A DNA stretch of 64,000 nt, taken from the NCBI RefSeq assembly GCF_963921235.1, contig NC_086108.1, positions 5,952,001 through 6,016,000 of the forward strand, given 5' to 3'. Position numbers and translations under genes: made by a program. The notes below the pieces were generated by a model. It was not told where the DNA came from and did not search any database. It saw only the letters and a program-made list of their open reading frames with translations. The stretch's first letter is position 1. Each line of letters starts with the position of its first letter. This DNA comes from Mobula hypostoma. Taxonomy: Eukaryota. Below are positions 26,801 through 39,719 of the stretch, in pieces.

Positions 26801-27506
26801 CTAGTGGCACTGCAGTTGCTTTCCTTGTCTCTGGTAGGTGCTATAATTCACTGCAGTCCCCTTAACAAGGAAAATGAAGTTGAGTTAGCAGCAGATAATG
26901 TGTGTGTTTGAGAGGGTCACTAGCAAACTCAAGTGCAGGAATAACAGAGACTTCAGCAATTCAAACAAAACAAAAGATTTATTACAGAAATTAACCAGCA
27001 AACCTAACAAGAGCTCAGACAAACTATACAGAAACTTGAAGAACTGAAATCACTGACGATACACTGAAGAACTCGGTCAGGGTTTTGCCAGACAGGGAAC
27101 CTCAACGACTGAGCAGAGAGGGATTGACGTGGTCCCCTGAAATACACCGTGGAGCTCGTAGGAATTCAGGACCAATCAAACAACATAGGTGGCCAGACAA
27201 ACCAATAATCCACAAAGCCAACAACTGCAATACAAGACACTGAAAATATTGTGCTAACTAAATTATCCCAAATTGAATAAATGTGATCAGAACAAAGAGA
27301 GTTTAACAATCTCCATGATCCCAAATGAGACACCTGCAACACAAAGTGAAAACCAGAGCTAGTCCAATGACAAACAATTAGACACAAAAGATAAACAATC
27401 CAAGGAACACTGCACACCTACGAGGTGACACTGAGAAAATACAGTCCACATACTAACTGACAAATAAAATCTCTCTTTTTTAACAACAACCCCTGATTTT
27501 GACAGT

Positions 27507-29654
27507 CAGTGGTGGGCCAGAGATTTTTTCTTGCTGGTGCTACAGTGGGGCTGAATTATTCAGTGATGGTGCTGAGGGATGTACTGTATTGTTATATGTA
27601 TTCGCAAGGCCAGACGCGTGGCATTCAAAAGTCAGTTTCAAGCATTATGTGCCTACTATAAATGCTTCTATTGATTCACAAGCAACAGCAATTGATAAAT
27701 ATAATGTAGAAGTGAACTGTGACAGTGTCAACAGCATCAGAGACAACCCGGGCTACACAGAGCATAAACAAACAAACCAACAGAGCATCCGACCCACAAC
27801 ACACAACGTGAATCACGCATCAATCCCGATCAGCGTCAAATGCGTGCTTTTCAACTGAAAAAGAACACTAACCCACAATGTTCACTGCTATTCGCATTAC
27901 ATAGACAGACAATGCCAAAAGATACACCGTTATTAAAGTCAAGTAAGGCAAACAACAGGTGCAAGGCTTTACCAGGAGTTGGACAAATCATACCCTGACC
28001 ATGTAATACCTCAATTAATTCGGCTACTGAATTTAAAACAAAAATCAACAGAATCACCACTTGGAAGTCTAAGCAAAACCAGTGGGCTTAATAGCAGTAA
28101 ATGTAATATTTTGGGATTTGCAGGAAACATAAGGACTATGGGGTATCCATCACAAAATAATAATAATAATCAGCATTAGTCTTGGACCAAATTTAACAAA
28201 AAATTAACTGCATTCACCATTGATGTTTTCAGAGAAGCACAATCCATCTGTTGTTGTGATTGGTGGTGAAAGCATCAGTGATTTTCTGGATGTGAAGTGC
28301 TTTGGTCCTCCGGCTGTTTATGGCCAACAGGGCCAAGTTGCTGTTCCGAGCGTCGCCGCTGCTATTCCTTAGGTAGTTTTTGAGGCATCTGAGGTAAGAG
28401 AAACTCCGTTTGCATGAAGCAGATGTCGCAGGTAGAGTCAGTGATATGCAGATTAGTTTGTATAAATCTATAAATACATCGCGGTAGGGTCTCATTGGAG
28501 CTAGAAATTCCACTGTGTCATTCACTGTCTGTCCTTGCTAGAGACTCAACCACTGCTCTCATATACTCACGATTTTCTTGGACAATCTTTGCATGTCCTT
28601 TGTCAAGCGTATTTCCTAATCTTTAACCGTCTTGTTTTCTCAGACTGAATTTGGCCCGTGCCTCCATCGCAAACTTATGAACTGCACTTACGTGGTGGGT
28701 TTTGAAAGCTGTTGTAGCTTTCCACCAGTTGCGGTAACCGGTGACAGTGAAGGTGGACTCAGAATGGAACCCATGTCCTCCACACAGGAAATGCCTGCAT
28801 GCGAAGCAGAACTTAGTATCTTTCGTGGTCGAATATTCCAGCCAGTCAAAGCAGCCATGAATAAAACTCCTTTGCTGATTGCCAAACTGTTGCAGGCAGC
28901 GAAGGGTACTTTTTCAATGCTGGCTGACGGGGTCCTTCCTCAGGCTGCTGGCTGACACTAACAGTATTCCCACTCGCACTAAGAGCGGCTTCATCCACGT
29001 TCTCTTCCAAATCCGGCTCCATTTCTTGTTCCTCTACTTCGCCCTCACACTCCTTCGATGAACTGCTGTCGTTCTCATCCCCACTTACTTCTTTCTGCAT
29101 GTCACTTTCAATTAAGACAGGCTCAGGCTGAGACACCACTGATTCCTCTGGATGAGGTCGTTTTCTGACTAAAATCCGATCCATTTTTCACGCCGGCCAA
29201 AATAATGCACGTGCCAGGCCCACGCTAGCTTGTAAAAGCACAATGTGTGCGCGTGTGGCATCCGTTAGTCTTGCGAGACCATGGATTTGCGACTGGATGT
29301 ACACTTATCAATCTCTCGCGTAAGTGAGCGTGAGTGACGTCACCACCTGAAGTGATCTTAGATCAGCTTAACTGATCTGAGGACAGCAATGGCAAGACAT
29401 TGACAACGAATGAATAAGTAGAAGTGTAGAGTGGATCTGACAGAGTTTATAACTCTATTGCTGCGTGGGTGCTATGGTAATTGGGAGCACTGTTTCACTA
29501 GATCAACTGGAGAAACAAGCTGTATTCAAAACTACACAGATAAAGCAAAGCAGCTGCAATTTGTATGTGAAATTTCAGTTAATTTCTTGGTGGTGCTATT
29601 GTAATTTCTGCTGGGGCTATAGCACCAGCTAGCACCACCTTAGCGCCGCCCCTG
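27507..29654 (-). mobile_element. hAT transposon (ZMYM1-like transposase), internally deleted, both termini present
   Basis: Imperfect TIRs cagtggtggg / caggggcggc; 8-bp TSD ttgacagt (27499-27506) / atgacagt (29655-29662); TTF zinc-finger remnant (WLEYS..FCFACRHF..G.RNW) and hATC LTLPATSASCKRSFS. Confidence 0.9.
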
Positions 29655-29771
29655 ATGACAGTGTTGGTGTGTGTATGCATGCATGCATACATGTATAAGT
29701 ACGTACAAAGCTGCAGTTGTGTAAACACAGGATGCTGAGATACTTCCTAGGATGTGCTGGGACACATCACC

Positions 29772-30345
29772 AGTGATGTAACCTGGGGTCATTGGGTGTT
29801 TCGGGTCTTTCAACATCAGACACTCTCACCCAGGCGACTTGTCCAGGGTTGATCAGGCCCCGGTTCATGTCCCAGCAGCAACGGTCCACAGGTCCAACCT
29901 CTTGATCCGTCGCTACCTGGAGGCTTGTTCAACAGCCTCTGTGACAGTCCGGATGGGTCTTTTCTTTGGAGTCCCAGTAATGCCAAGGAGAGAGTAGGTT
30001 CTGAACAATGAGCAGCCAGCAAAAACCTCTACACCCCATTTCTATAGAATCATACCATACCCTCCACCCCGGTCTGGGGCACTGCTCTACCAGCTCCTGG
30101 AATCTGGCCTTCTTGTGCTCAAGTGCCTCTGCAGTATGGTCTTCCCAAGGAACTGTCAGTTCTACCATGACTACCTGCTTTGAGGTCAGGCCTCAGGGAT
30201 GACGATGCAATGAAGTCAGGGAACTTTAATTGCTTCCCAATTTCAGCTTTCAGTTGCCAGTCAGACAATGTGGTGAGCAAGCCTACTGGTGATCTAGGCT
30301 GAGGCTGTGATTGACAACAGAAGGCCATCAAGGATGTGGTTACCC
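29772..30345 (-). mobile_element. 3' fragment of an RLE-type non-LTR retrotransposon (HERO-like)
   Basis: DWQLKAEIGKQLKFP..SLRPD..VELTVPWED..K..L..EMGCRGF, a restriction-like endonuclease PD-(D/E)xK domain. Confidence 0.8.
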
Positions 30346-30961
30346 GCTTAGTTATTCTTAACGTGCCTAGCTACAGCTTCCAGTTTAAGATGATGCTGGT
30401 GAACCGCAGCAACTTCTGGCTGGTAGCTAACGAAACAAGGAAAATGCTTTGTTAATCACAAATTTTCTGGCAAACAATCATCACAAGCAATAGTCTGTAA
30501 CTCCCCTTTGGACTTGGAGTCAATTCGATGTGGTAAAACCGAGGCAAGGCGAGGCGGTGGGCACTTTGTTGAGAGCATGGAAGAGCATGAAAGATCGGGC
30601 ACAGACCGAATCAAAGCCATGGAGTCCAGGTGCCAGACATGACTGAGCACAATGTGTGGACAGAGACTTACAGGCCAAATTGAAGTGGCGAAGTCCGGCA
30701 TATCCAAGCGGTAGAACTTGTTGTTTGGACAGAGAGTTAAGTGCCGTGCCAGATTGAAAAGGTCAGGGCGTAGGGGCCCGAGGTGAGGTGGGGGCCGGTT
30801 AGGATTGCTGCTCCACAACATTTACTCGGCTCTGTGCTGAACTATGGGACTCTCTTGCGAACATCAGTTCAGAAACGCTATTTGCTTACGGTTACTGTTT
30901 GTATGCTTTTTTTACAATGCACATTGGGTGTTCGACGATCTTTTTTATGGATTATTTTAGT

Positions 30962-31661
30962 TGTAAGGGGTGTCTTTTTTTTATGTCACAGCATAGTCTA
31001 ATTAAAGTGGCTTCTTTGTTATGTTATAATTGAAAGGGCTTCTTTGTTATGTTAACTGCTGAGAAAGTCCTCCTGCTAGCAGTTTGTTTGAATCACGTTA
31101 CTGATAAAAAGATGTTATGAACCAATTGGGATAGTTGTTATGTTTTTGGTGTGTCTGTAAGATATTGTATGCGCAGGGCTTTGGGGGGAGAAGGCAGGAG
31201 AGAGAGACAGAGAATGGACCAGGTGCTGTGAGTCTGCTAACGGGGTCGGACCCCGAGCGGGGCATTCGGCGAGGAGAGGAGACAGAGACGGACTCGTGTG
31301 GAGTGTCTGGTCGATCACCGTTGTTGGTCCCAGGCAGCTGGTCAAGGTGGTTGAGGGGTCGCAGGGTGAAGAAGAAGGGTCCTGAGCTCCAACTGTTTGT
31401 GCACGAAGAGATTGAACTTTGATAAGTGTGGCACCTTTGAGTTTCCTTTTATATTTTATTCTTTATTAATTATATAGTTCCAGTAATATCTATAAATTGT
31501 AAATCATTTAATCATATCTGGTGTGTTGTCTGTTATTTGGTCGGGGTGGGGTACATCACACAGCATCCAGACAAACTGATTACCCAGTTTGACGGGGCGC
31601 AGGGCTGTTTCCCTAGACAACAGCGAGCCGAGCGACTCTGAGGCTGGCCAGGGGGGCTACA
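30962..31661. mobile_element. Solo LTR (700 bp), probably Gypsy/Ty3 class
   Basis: TGTA...TACA termini; perfect 4-bp TSD tagt (30958-30961, 31662-31665). Confidence 0.85.
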
Positions 31662-31854
31662 TAGTCTTTTATCTTCCTTTGGACATGATGTCTTTTTTTT
31701 AATTCTCTGCACAGTGGGTGTTAGACAATTTTCTCACATATATGGGGCTTGTTTTTGGGTTTCTTCGTTTCATGGCTACCTGTTAGGAGACGAATCTCAA
31801 GGTTGTGCAATGTAGATGTACTTTGATAATAAAATGTACTTTCAGCTTTGAACT

Positions 31855-32172
31855 TTGGATGTAGGGAGAATGTTTCCTATCATGGGGTTGGCTAGGACCA
31901 GACAGCACAGCCTCAGAATAGAGCGACATCCATTTAGAACAGAGATGAGAAGTCTGAGGATGTTGAATCTATCGCATTCATTGCCACAGATGATTGTGGA
32001 GGCCAAGTTATTGGGTATATTTGAATCAGAGGCTGTTAGGTTCTTGATTAGTAAGGTCCTCAAAGGTTATGGAGAGAAAGCAGGAGAATGAGGCTGAGAG
32101 GCATAATAAATCAGCCATAATGGAATGGTGGAGCAGATTTGATGGGTCAAATGGAGCAATTCTTCTCCTACA
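31855..32172 (+). mobile_element. CR1 3' end
   Basis: MFPIMGLARTRQHSLRIE..FRTEMR and CR1 3'UTR. Confidence 0.8.
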
Positions 32173-32740
32173 ACGCTGTACAAAAGTATTAGGCACGCTA
32201 GCTCTATATACATACCTAAGACTCACCCCAGTTATGAAGTTCTCTTCATACAAGAGATCTCCATTCCATGCAACATGTGTGAGGGTGGCGGCAGCGAACA
32301 ATGCTACCAAAGGCAACATCCTCCAGACAGTTTACAAAACAACTCCTTTCACTTCTTCTACATCTTCCATTTATTTCAAATGTAGTCCTGCTGCTGTTGG
32401 AGCCTGTGGTCTACAAACTGATGGTGTGTTTTCAGGCCGATCGAATGATCTGGTGCTTTGCCATCTCTGAGAGATTCCACGAGGCTGTGAGCAAAGTGGA
32501 TGACATGAGGGCCAGAAAGCGGAGGCACATATGTATAGCTAGGATGCCCAAGAATTTTGAACAATTCTGTTGTAATGTTATGTATTGCACTATATTGCTT
32601 GTGGTTTTTGTATTGCTATATTTATGCTTTATTCTTGGTTGGTGCGGCTGTAACGAAACCCAATTTCCCTCGGGATCAATAAAGTATATCTATCTATCTA
32701 TACTGCTGCCACAAAAAAAAACAAATTCCATGACAGACCT

Positions 32741-32801
32741 TACTGTGCAAAAGTCTTCGGCACATTTATTTCATTAGGATGCCTAAGACTTTTGCACAGT
32801 A
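32741..32801. mobile_element. Tc1/mariner-type mini-MITE (related pieces at ~32177, ~32545, 33213/34835, 46927)
   Basis: TA|ctgtgcaaaagtcttcggca...tgcctaagacttttgcacag|TA inverted repeats. Confidence 0.75.
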
Positions 32802-33250
32802 CGGTATTGTACTTGGCAGAGTGGAGTGGAGAGTGAGTTTGTAAATCTGGTGGGAACAAAAGATATTGGGGATGACAAGGGTGGATGGCCATTAGAGGGG
32901 TGTGGGACAGGTGGCAGAGGAGGCAGGGGAGGCGAGGGTACAGACACATCTAACCCTGAGACACCAGGCAAGGTCATTTGATTCCAAACAATTGGCTTAT
33001 TGATCATTACAGAATGTCTCTCTGGTGCTTCCCACTCCCTCCCCTCTCACTTCCCCTTTTCCCAGCCATGATTCCCCTTTCCCTGCCCCCTTTTCCACTC
33101 TCAGTCCACAATAGACATCCATATCAGAATCAGGTTTATCATCATTCACATATGTCATGAAATTTGTTTTTTTGTGTGGCAGTAGTACAGTGCAATACAT
33201 AAAATTACCACAGTACCCAGCAGAAGTCTTAGGCACCCTGGCTATATATA

Positions 33251-34832
33251 TTTCCCCACACGAAACCACCACGGTGGGCTTCACAGCTGAGCAGGTGAGA
33301 AGACAGCTGAAACGTCTCAACCCAAGCGAGGCTGCAGGACTGGATGGTGTCAGTACCAGGGTGCTCAAAGCCTGTGCCCCTCAGTTACGTGGAGTACTTC
33401 GCCATGTATTCAACCTGAGCCTGAGGCTCCGGAGGGTTCCTGTACTGTGGAAGACGTCCTGCCTCATCCCTGTGCCGAAGACGCCGCGCCCCAGCGGCCT
33501 CAATGACTGCAGACCGGTGGCATTGACCTCCCACATCATGAAGACCCTGGAGAGACTTGTTCTGGAGCTGCTCCGGCCTATGGTCAGGCCACACTTAGAT
33601 CCCCTCCAGTTCGTGTACCAGCCCCAACTAGGAGTTGAGGATGCCATCGTCTTCCTGCTGAACCGTGTCTACGCCCACCTGGACAAGCCAGCGAGCACTG
33701 TGAGGGTCATGTTTTTTGACTTCTCCAGTGCGTTCAACACCATCCGCCCTGCTCTGCTGGGGGAGAAGCTGACAGCGATGCAGGTGGATGCTTCCCTGGT
33801 ATCATGGATTCTTGATTACCTGACTGGCAGACCGCAGTACGTGTGCTTGCAACACTGTGTGTCTGACAGAGTGATCAGCAGCACTGGGGCTCCACAGGGG
33901 ACTGTCTTGTCTCCCTTTCTCTTCACTATTTACATCTCGGACTTCAACTACTGCACAGAGTCTTGTCATCTTCAGAAGTTTTCTGATGACTCTGCCATAG
34001 TTGGATGCATCAGCAAGGGAGATGAGGCTGAGTACAGGGCTACGGTAGGAAACTTTGTCACATGGTGTGAGCAGAATTAACTGCAGCTTAATGTGAAAAA
34101 GACTAAGGAGCTGGTGGTAGACCTGAGGAGAGCTGAGGTACCAGTGACCCCTGTTTCCATCCAGGGGGTCAGTGTAGACATGGTGGAGGATTACAAGTAC
34201 CTGGGGATACAAATTGACAATAAACTGGACTGGTCAAAGAACACTGAGGCTGTCTACAAGAGGGGTCAGAGCTGTCTCTATTTCCTGAGGAGACTAAGGT
34301 CCTTTAACATCTGCCAGACGATGCTGAGGATGTTCTACGAGTCTGTGGTGGCCAGTGCTATCATGTTTGCTGTTGTGTGCTGGGGCAGCAGGCTGAAGGT
34401 AGCAGACACCAACAGAATCAACAAACTCATTTGTAAGGCCAGTGATGTTGTGGGGATGGAACTGGACTCTCTGACGGTGGTGTCTGAAAAGAGGATGCTG
34501 TCCAAGTTGCATGCCATCTTGGACAATGTCTCCCATCCACTACATAATGTACTGGGTGGGCACAGGAGTACATTCAGCCAGAGACTCATTCCACCCAGAT
34601 GCAACACAGAGCGTCATAGGAAGTCATTCCTGCCTGTGGCCATCAAACTTTACAACTCCTCCCTTGGAGGGTCAGAAACCCTGAGCCAATAGGCTGGTCC
34701 TGGACTTATTCCCTGGCATAATTTACATATTACTATTTAACTATTTATGGTTTTACTACTATTTATTATTTATGGTGCAACTGTAATGAAAACCAATTTC
34801 CCCCAGGATCAATAAAATATGACTATGACTAT
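33251..34832 (+). mobile_element. Rex1/Babar LINE, 5'-truncated RT with one stop (34078-34080), inserted in a MITE
   Basis: GLDGVSTRVLKACAPQL, PLQF, FFDFSSAFNTI, GAPQGTVLSPFLF and KFSDDSA; aataaa + (tatgac)n tail. Confidence 0.92.
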
Positions 34833-35339
34833 ATGTGCCTAAGACTTTTGCAGAATAATTGTGTATGTATTGTATTGTAACTATGTATGTTATATCATAA
34901 CTATAGGTTCTGTGTTTTGCACATTGTTTTGTTTAGCTGTATACATGTATGCGGTTGAATGACAAGGAACTTGAACTTGATAAATTCTTTATAATTGTTA
35001 AATGTTGTTGTTTTTGGTTGTGTGCTGCTCTCTATTCAACACTCCACAACAAATTCCTAACACATGTAATCCCATATGGGACATGAAGTTAACCCTTGAA
35101 TAAATCCCATCTCTTTTTTAAGATTGCTAATTTTTCATAATTTATTTATTGAGATACAGCACTGAATAGGTCCTTCGAGCCCTGAGTTAATTCTAGTCTA
35201 ATCATAGGACAATTTACAATGACCAATTACCCTACCAGACACTACATCACACCCTACAAACTGGAGCACCCAGAGCCACCCATGCAGTTACAATGAGACT
35301 GTACAATCTCCTTACAGGTAACAACAGGAATTGTCTAGA

Positions 35340-35940
35340 ATTGTCTAGCAAGGATGTGATGCTGAGGCTTTATAAGGCACTGGTGAGGCCTCACCCTGAA
35401 TATTGTGAACAGTTTTGGGCCCCACACCTTAGAAAAAGATGTGCTGGAATTGAAAAGGGTCCAGGACAGGTTCACAGGGATGATTCCAGGAATGAAGGGG
35501 TTGTCATACAAGGAACATTTGATGGCTCTGAGTCTGTACTCGCTAGATTTCAGAAGGATGAGGGGGGATCTCATTGAAACCTTTGGAATGTTGAAAGGCC
35601 CAGACAGAGGAGATGTTTCCCATGGTGGGAGAGTCTAGGGCAACAGGGCACAGCCTCAGGATAGAGGGGCGCCCTTTCAAAACAGAGATGCAGAGAAATG
35701 TCTTTAGCCAAAGGGTGATAAATTTGTGGAATTTGTTGCCACATGCGGCTGTGGAAACTAGGTTGTTGGGTGTATTTAAGGCAGAGACTGATAGGTTCTT
35801 GATTGGACATGGCATCAAGGGTTACGGGCAGAAGACCAGGATCTGGGGTTGGGGAGGAGGAAAAAAAGGCTCAGCCATGATTGATTGACAGAGCAGACTT
35901 GATGGGCCAAATGGCCTAATTCTGCTCCTATGTCTTATGG
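35340..35940 (+). mobile_element. CR1 3' fragment
   Basis: LYKALVRPHPEYC and FSQRVINLWN; 3'UTR. Confidence 0.85.
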
Positions 35941-36604
35941 AAGTGAACCCAGGTCGTCAGTATGCAAAGCGTTATGCTATCCACTATGATACCATGCCGC
36001 CCCAAATATGGGAAAAGGTTGAATAGGTTACAACTTTATTCCCTGGAGCATAGGGGAATGAGGGGAGATTCGATAGAGGTATACAAAATTATGAGGATTT
36101 TTCCACTGAATTTGGGTGAAACTAGAACTACAGGTCATGGGTTAAGGGTGAAAGATGTTTGGAGTTCCAACGTTTTCTTGCTGCTTTAAAAAAAAAGATA
36201 GAAAACTACTTTTAATCAATCTCCAGTTCAAGAGGCACAGATTGAAATAGTGAAAAAGGCCAAAAACAAATCTGAAATATTTTATGTCTGGAACAAAGGT
36301 TTAGAAATTTCTGGACAAGCCACTTAGACTTGTATTAATTTTGCCTCTTGTCTCTTACAGTCAATATCAACATGTAGTTTAATACTTTGTCTGCAATTCC
36401 ACAGTACAGGTCAGAGACAGTGTTGAAAAAGAAAGCTCCATCCATACATTCCTGACATGCTTTACTGACATCTAGCTCCCATCAGAAACACCTCCGCTAA
36501 TTTCCAGAGGATTAAATGTTAAACTTGCATTCACCTTCAAACAATGAATATATAAAAAAGGCATGCACATACTGTATCTTACTTCAGAGTTCTGTTTCAC
36601 GAGC

Positions 36605-37250
36605 CAGCCCTCATCGGAGGATCAGAGGTGGTTAAGGTGAGAAGAGCTTTAAATTTCTGGGTGTTTTTATTTCGGAGGACCTTTCATTGGCTCAGCATGC
36701 AGAGGCAATTGCAAAGAAAGAACAGAAATGCCTCTACTTCCTTTTGAGACTGCGGAGATTCGAAATGACATCTAAATCTTTGACAAACTTCTGTGGAGTT
36801 TGTATTAACTCGTAGTGGAGAGTGTATTGACTGGCTGCATTATGGCCTGGTATGGAAACACCAATGCCTTTGAACAGAAAATAGTGGACATGGTCCAGTC
36901 CATCACAGGTAAAGGCCTCCTCTTCACAGAGCACATCTACATGAAATGTTGTCAGAGAAAAACAGCATCCATCATCAGAGATCTCCGCCATCTATGCCAT
37001 GCTCTCTACTGACTGCTGCCATACAAGAGTCTCAGGACTCCCACCACCATGTTCAGGAACAGTTACCAACTCTCAAACATCGGGCCCTGGAACCAAAGGG
37101 GATAACTTCACTCAATTTCACTTGCCCTAGAATTGGAATGCTCCCACAACCAATGGACTCACTTTCAAGGGTTCTTCATCTCATGTTCTTGATATTTATT
37201 GTTTATTTATTTATTAATAATATTTCTTTATTTTTGTATTGTTTAGCTCA
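36605..37250 (+). mobile_element. Rex1/L2-like 3' fragment
   Basis: ESVLTGCIMAWYGN..SIIRD. Confidence 0.75.
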
Positions 37251-37682
37251 GTGTTTATCATCTGCAGGCCGCCCCAATTCAAAGTCGCCCAAAATAGCAA
37301 AAAAGGAGCACGCAGAACCCAGAAACTCATCATTCCGTGATTTACAGAGTCCAATCACAAACCCCGTCAACTGGACCTTGTTCAAGACCCAGAACTCCAG
37401 CACCATCCTCCAACAGCTTTGAGAGAGAGAGAGAGAGCAAGACCATTCAAATACAGGACCTTCCTTCGGGAGCAGTGAACCAGACTGAGGGAGAGAGTGT
37501 CACATGCAGACAGCTTCACTTGGCAGCAGTGAGTAGACAGCGCTGAACACCAACTTGCCTTCCGCTCATGCCTCAACGATTTTAAAGTCAGTGATATCAG
37601 ACTACAACATGGTGTTTAGGATGCACTAAACTTCAAAGTTCAAGATAATATTTATTATCAAAGTACATATATATCTCCATAT

Positions 37683-39015
37683 ACAATAGACAATAGACAA
37701 TAGGTGTAGGAATAGGCCATTTGGCCCTTCGAGCCAGCACCGCCATTCACTGTGTTCATGGCCTCTCATCCACAATCAGTATCCAGTTCCTGCCTTATCC
37801 CCATATCCCTTGACTCCACTATCTATAAGAGCTCTATCTAACTCTTTCTTGAAAGCATCCAGAGAATTGGCCTCCACTGCCTTCTGAGGCACAGCATTCC
37901 ACAGATCCACAACTCTCTGGGTGAAAAAATTTTTCCTCAACTCCATTCTAAATGGCCTACCCCTTATTCTTAAACTGTGGCCTCTGGTTCGGGACTCCCC
38001 CAACATCGGGAACATGTTTCCTGCCTCTAGCGTGTCCAATCCCTTAATAATCTTATATGTTTCAATCAGATCCCCTCTCATCCTTCTAAATTCCAGTGTA
38101 TACAAGCCCAGTCGTTCCAATCTTTCAATATATGACATTCCCGCCACCCCGGGAATTAAGCCAGTGAACCTACACTGCACTCCCTCCATAGCAAGAATGT
38201 CCTTCCTCAAATTTGGAGACCAAAACTGCACACAGTATTCCAGGTGTGGTCTCACCAGGGCCCTGTACAACTGCCGAAGGACCTCTTTGCTCCTATACTC
38301 AACTCCCTTTGTTATGAAGGCCAGCATGCCATTAGCTTTCTTCACTGCCTGCTGTACCTGCATGCTTACTTTCAGTGACTGATGAACAAGGACACCTAGA
38401 TCTCGTTGTACTTCCCCTTTTCCTAACTTGACACCATTCAGATAGTAATCTGCCTTCCTGTTCTTGCCACCAAAGTGGATAACCTCACATTTATCCATAT
38501 TAAACTGCATCTGCCATGCATCTGCCCACTCACCCAACCTGTCCAAGTCACCCTGGATTCTCATAACATCCTCCTCACCTTTCACACTGCCACCCAACTT
38601 TGTGTCATCTGCAAATTTGCTAACGATACTTTTAATCCCTTCATCTAAATCATTAATGTATATTGTAAATAGCTGCGGTCCCAGCTGGTCACCCAGTGGT
38701 ACCCCACTGGTCACCACCTGCCATTCTGAAAGGGATCCGTTAGTCCCTACTCTTTGTTTCCTGTCTGCCAACCAATTTTCTATCCATGTCAGTACCCTAC
38801 CCCCAATACCATGTGCTCCAATTTTGCCCACAAATCTCCAATGTGGGACCTTATCAATGGCTTTCTGAAAGTCCAGGTACACTACATCCACTGGCTCTCC
38901 CTTGTCCATTTTCATAGTTACAGCCTCAAAAAATTCCAGTAGATTAGTCAAGCATGATTTCCCCTTCATAAATCCATGCTGACTCAGACCGATCCTGTTA
39001 CTGCTTTCCAAATGG
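37683..39015 (-). mobile_element. CR1 LINE, 5'-truncated, open 416-aa RT frame
   Basis: ORF 37776-39026(-) with RT motifs; (ctattgt)n tail. Confidence 0.95.
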
Positions 39016-39114
39016 CTAAACAGCAAATCTACAGAAGATCAATATAAAAACAACCAGAGTGCAGAAGACAACAAACTGTGTAAATGCAAATATAAATAAA
39101 TAGCCATAAATAAC

Positions 39115-39715
39115 AGAACATGAGTAAGACCAAAGAACTGATTGTGGACTTCAGAAAGGGTAAGACGAGGGAACACACTCCACTCCTCATAGAGGAATCA
39201 GAAGTGGAAAGAGTGAGCAATTACAAATTCCTCGTTGCCAAGATCTCAGAGGATCTATCCTGGACCCAACATATCGATGCAGTTACAAGGAAGACAGAAC
39301 AGCAGCTATATGTCATTAGGAATTCAAAGAGATCTGGTATGTCACCAAAGGCACTTGTAAGTTTCTACAGATGTAAAGCAGAGAGAGCGTTCTAACTGGC
39401 TGTTTCGCCATCTGGTATGGGGTGGGGGTGCTACTGCACAGGATCAAAATAAGCTGCAGAGAGTTGTGAACTCAGTCAGCTCTATCACGGGCTCTAGTCT
39501 CTGTAGTATTCAGGACATCTTCGAGGAGCGATGCCTTAAAAAGGCGGCATCCATCATTAAGAACCCCCATCACCCAGGACATGCCCTCTTCTCATTGCTA
39601 TCATCAGGGAGGAGGTACAGGAGCCTGAAGACACACACTCAACAATTCTGTAACTGCTTCTTCCCCTCTGCCATCTGATTTCTGAATGGACATTCGACTC
39701 ATGAACACATACTTA
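39115..39715 (+). mobile_element. Rex1/L2-like 3' fragment
   Basis: SKTKELIVDFRK..IIKNPHHPGHALFSLL..FFPSAI. Confidence 0.8.
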
Positions 39716-39719
39716 TTTC

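Noticed and set aside
26900..27504. Possible second solo LTR ending in tgaca
   Set aside because: LTR-like composition, but I could not define a matching 5' TG end and TSD
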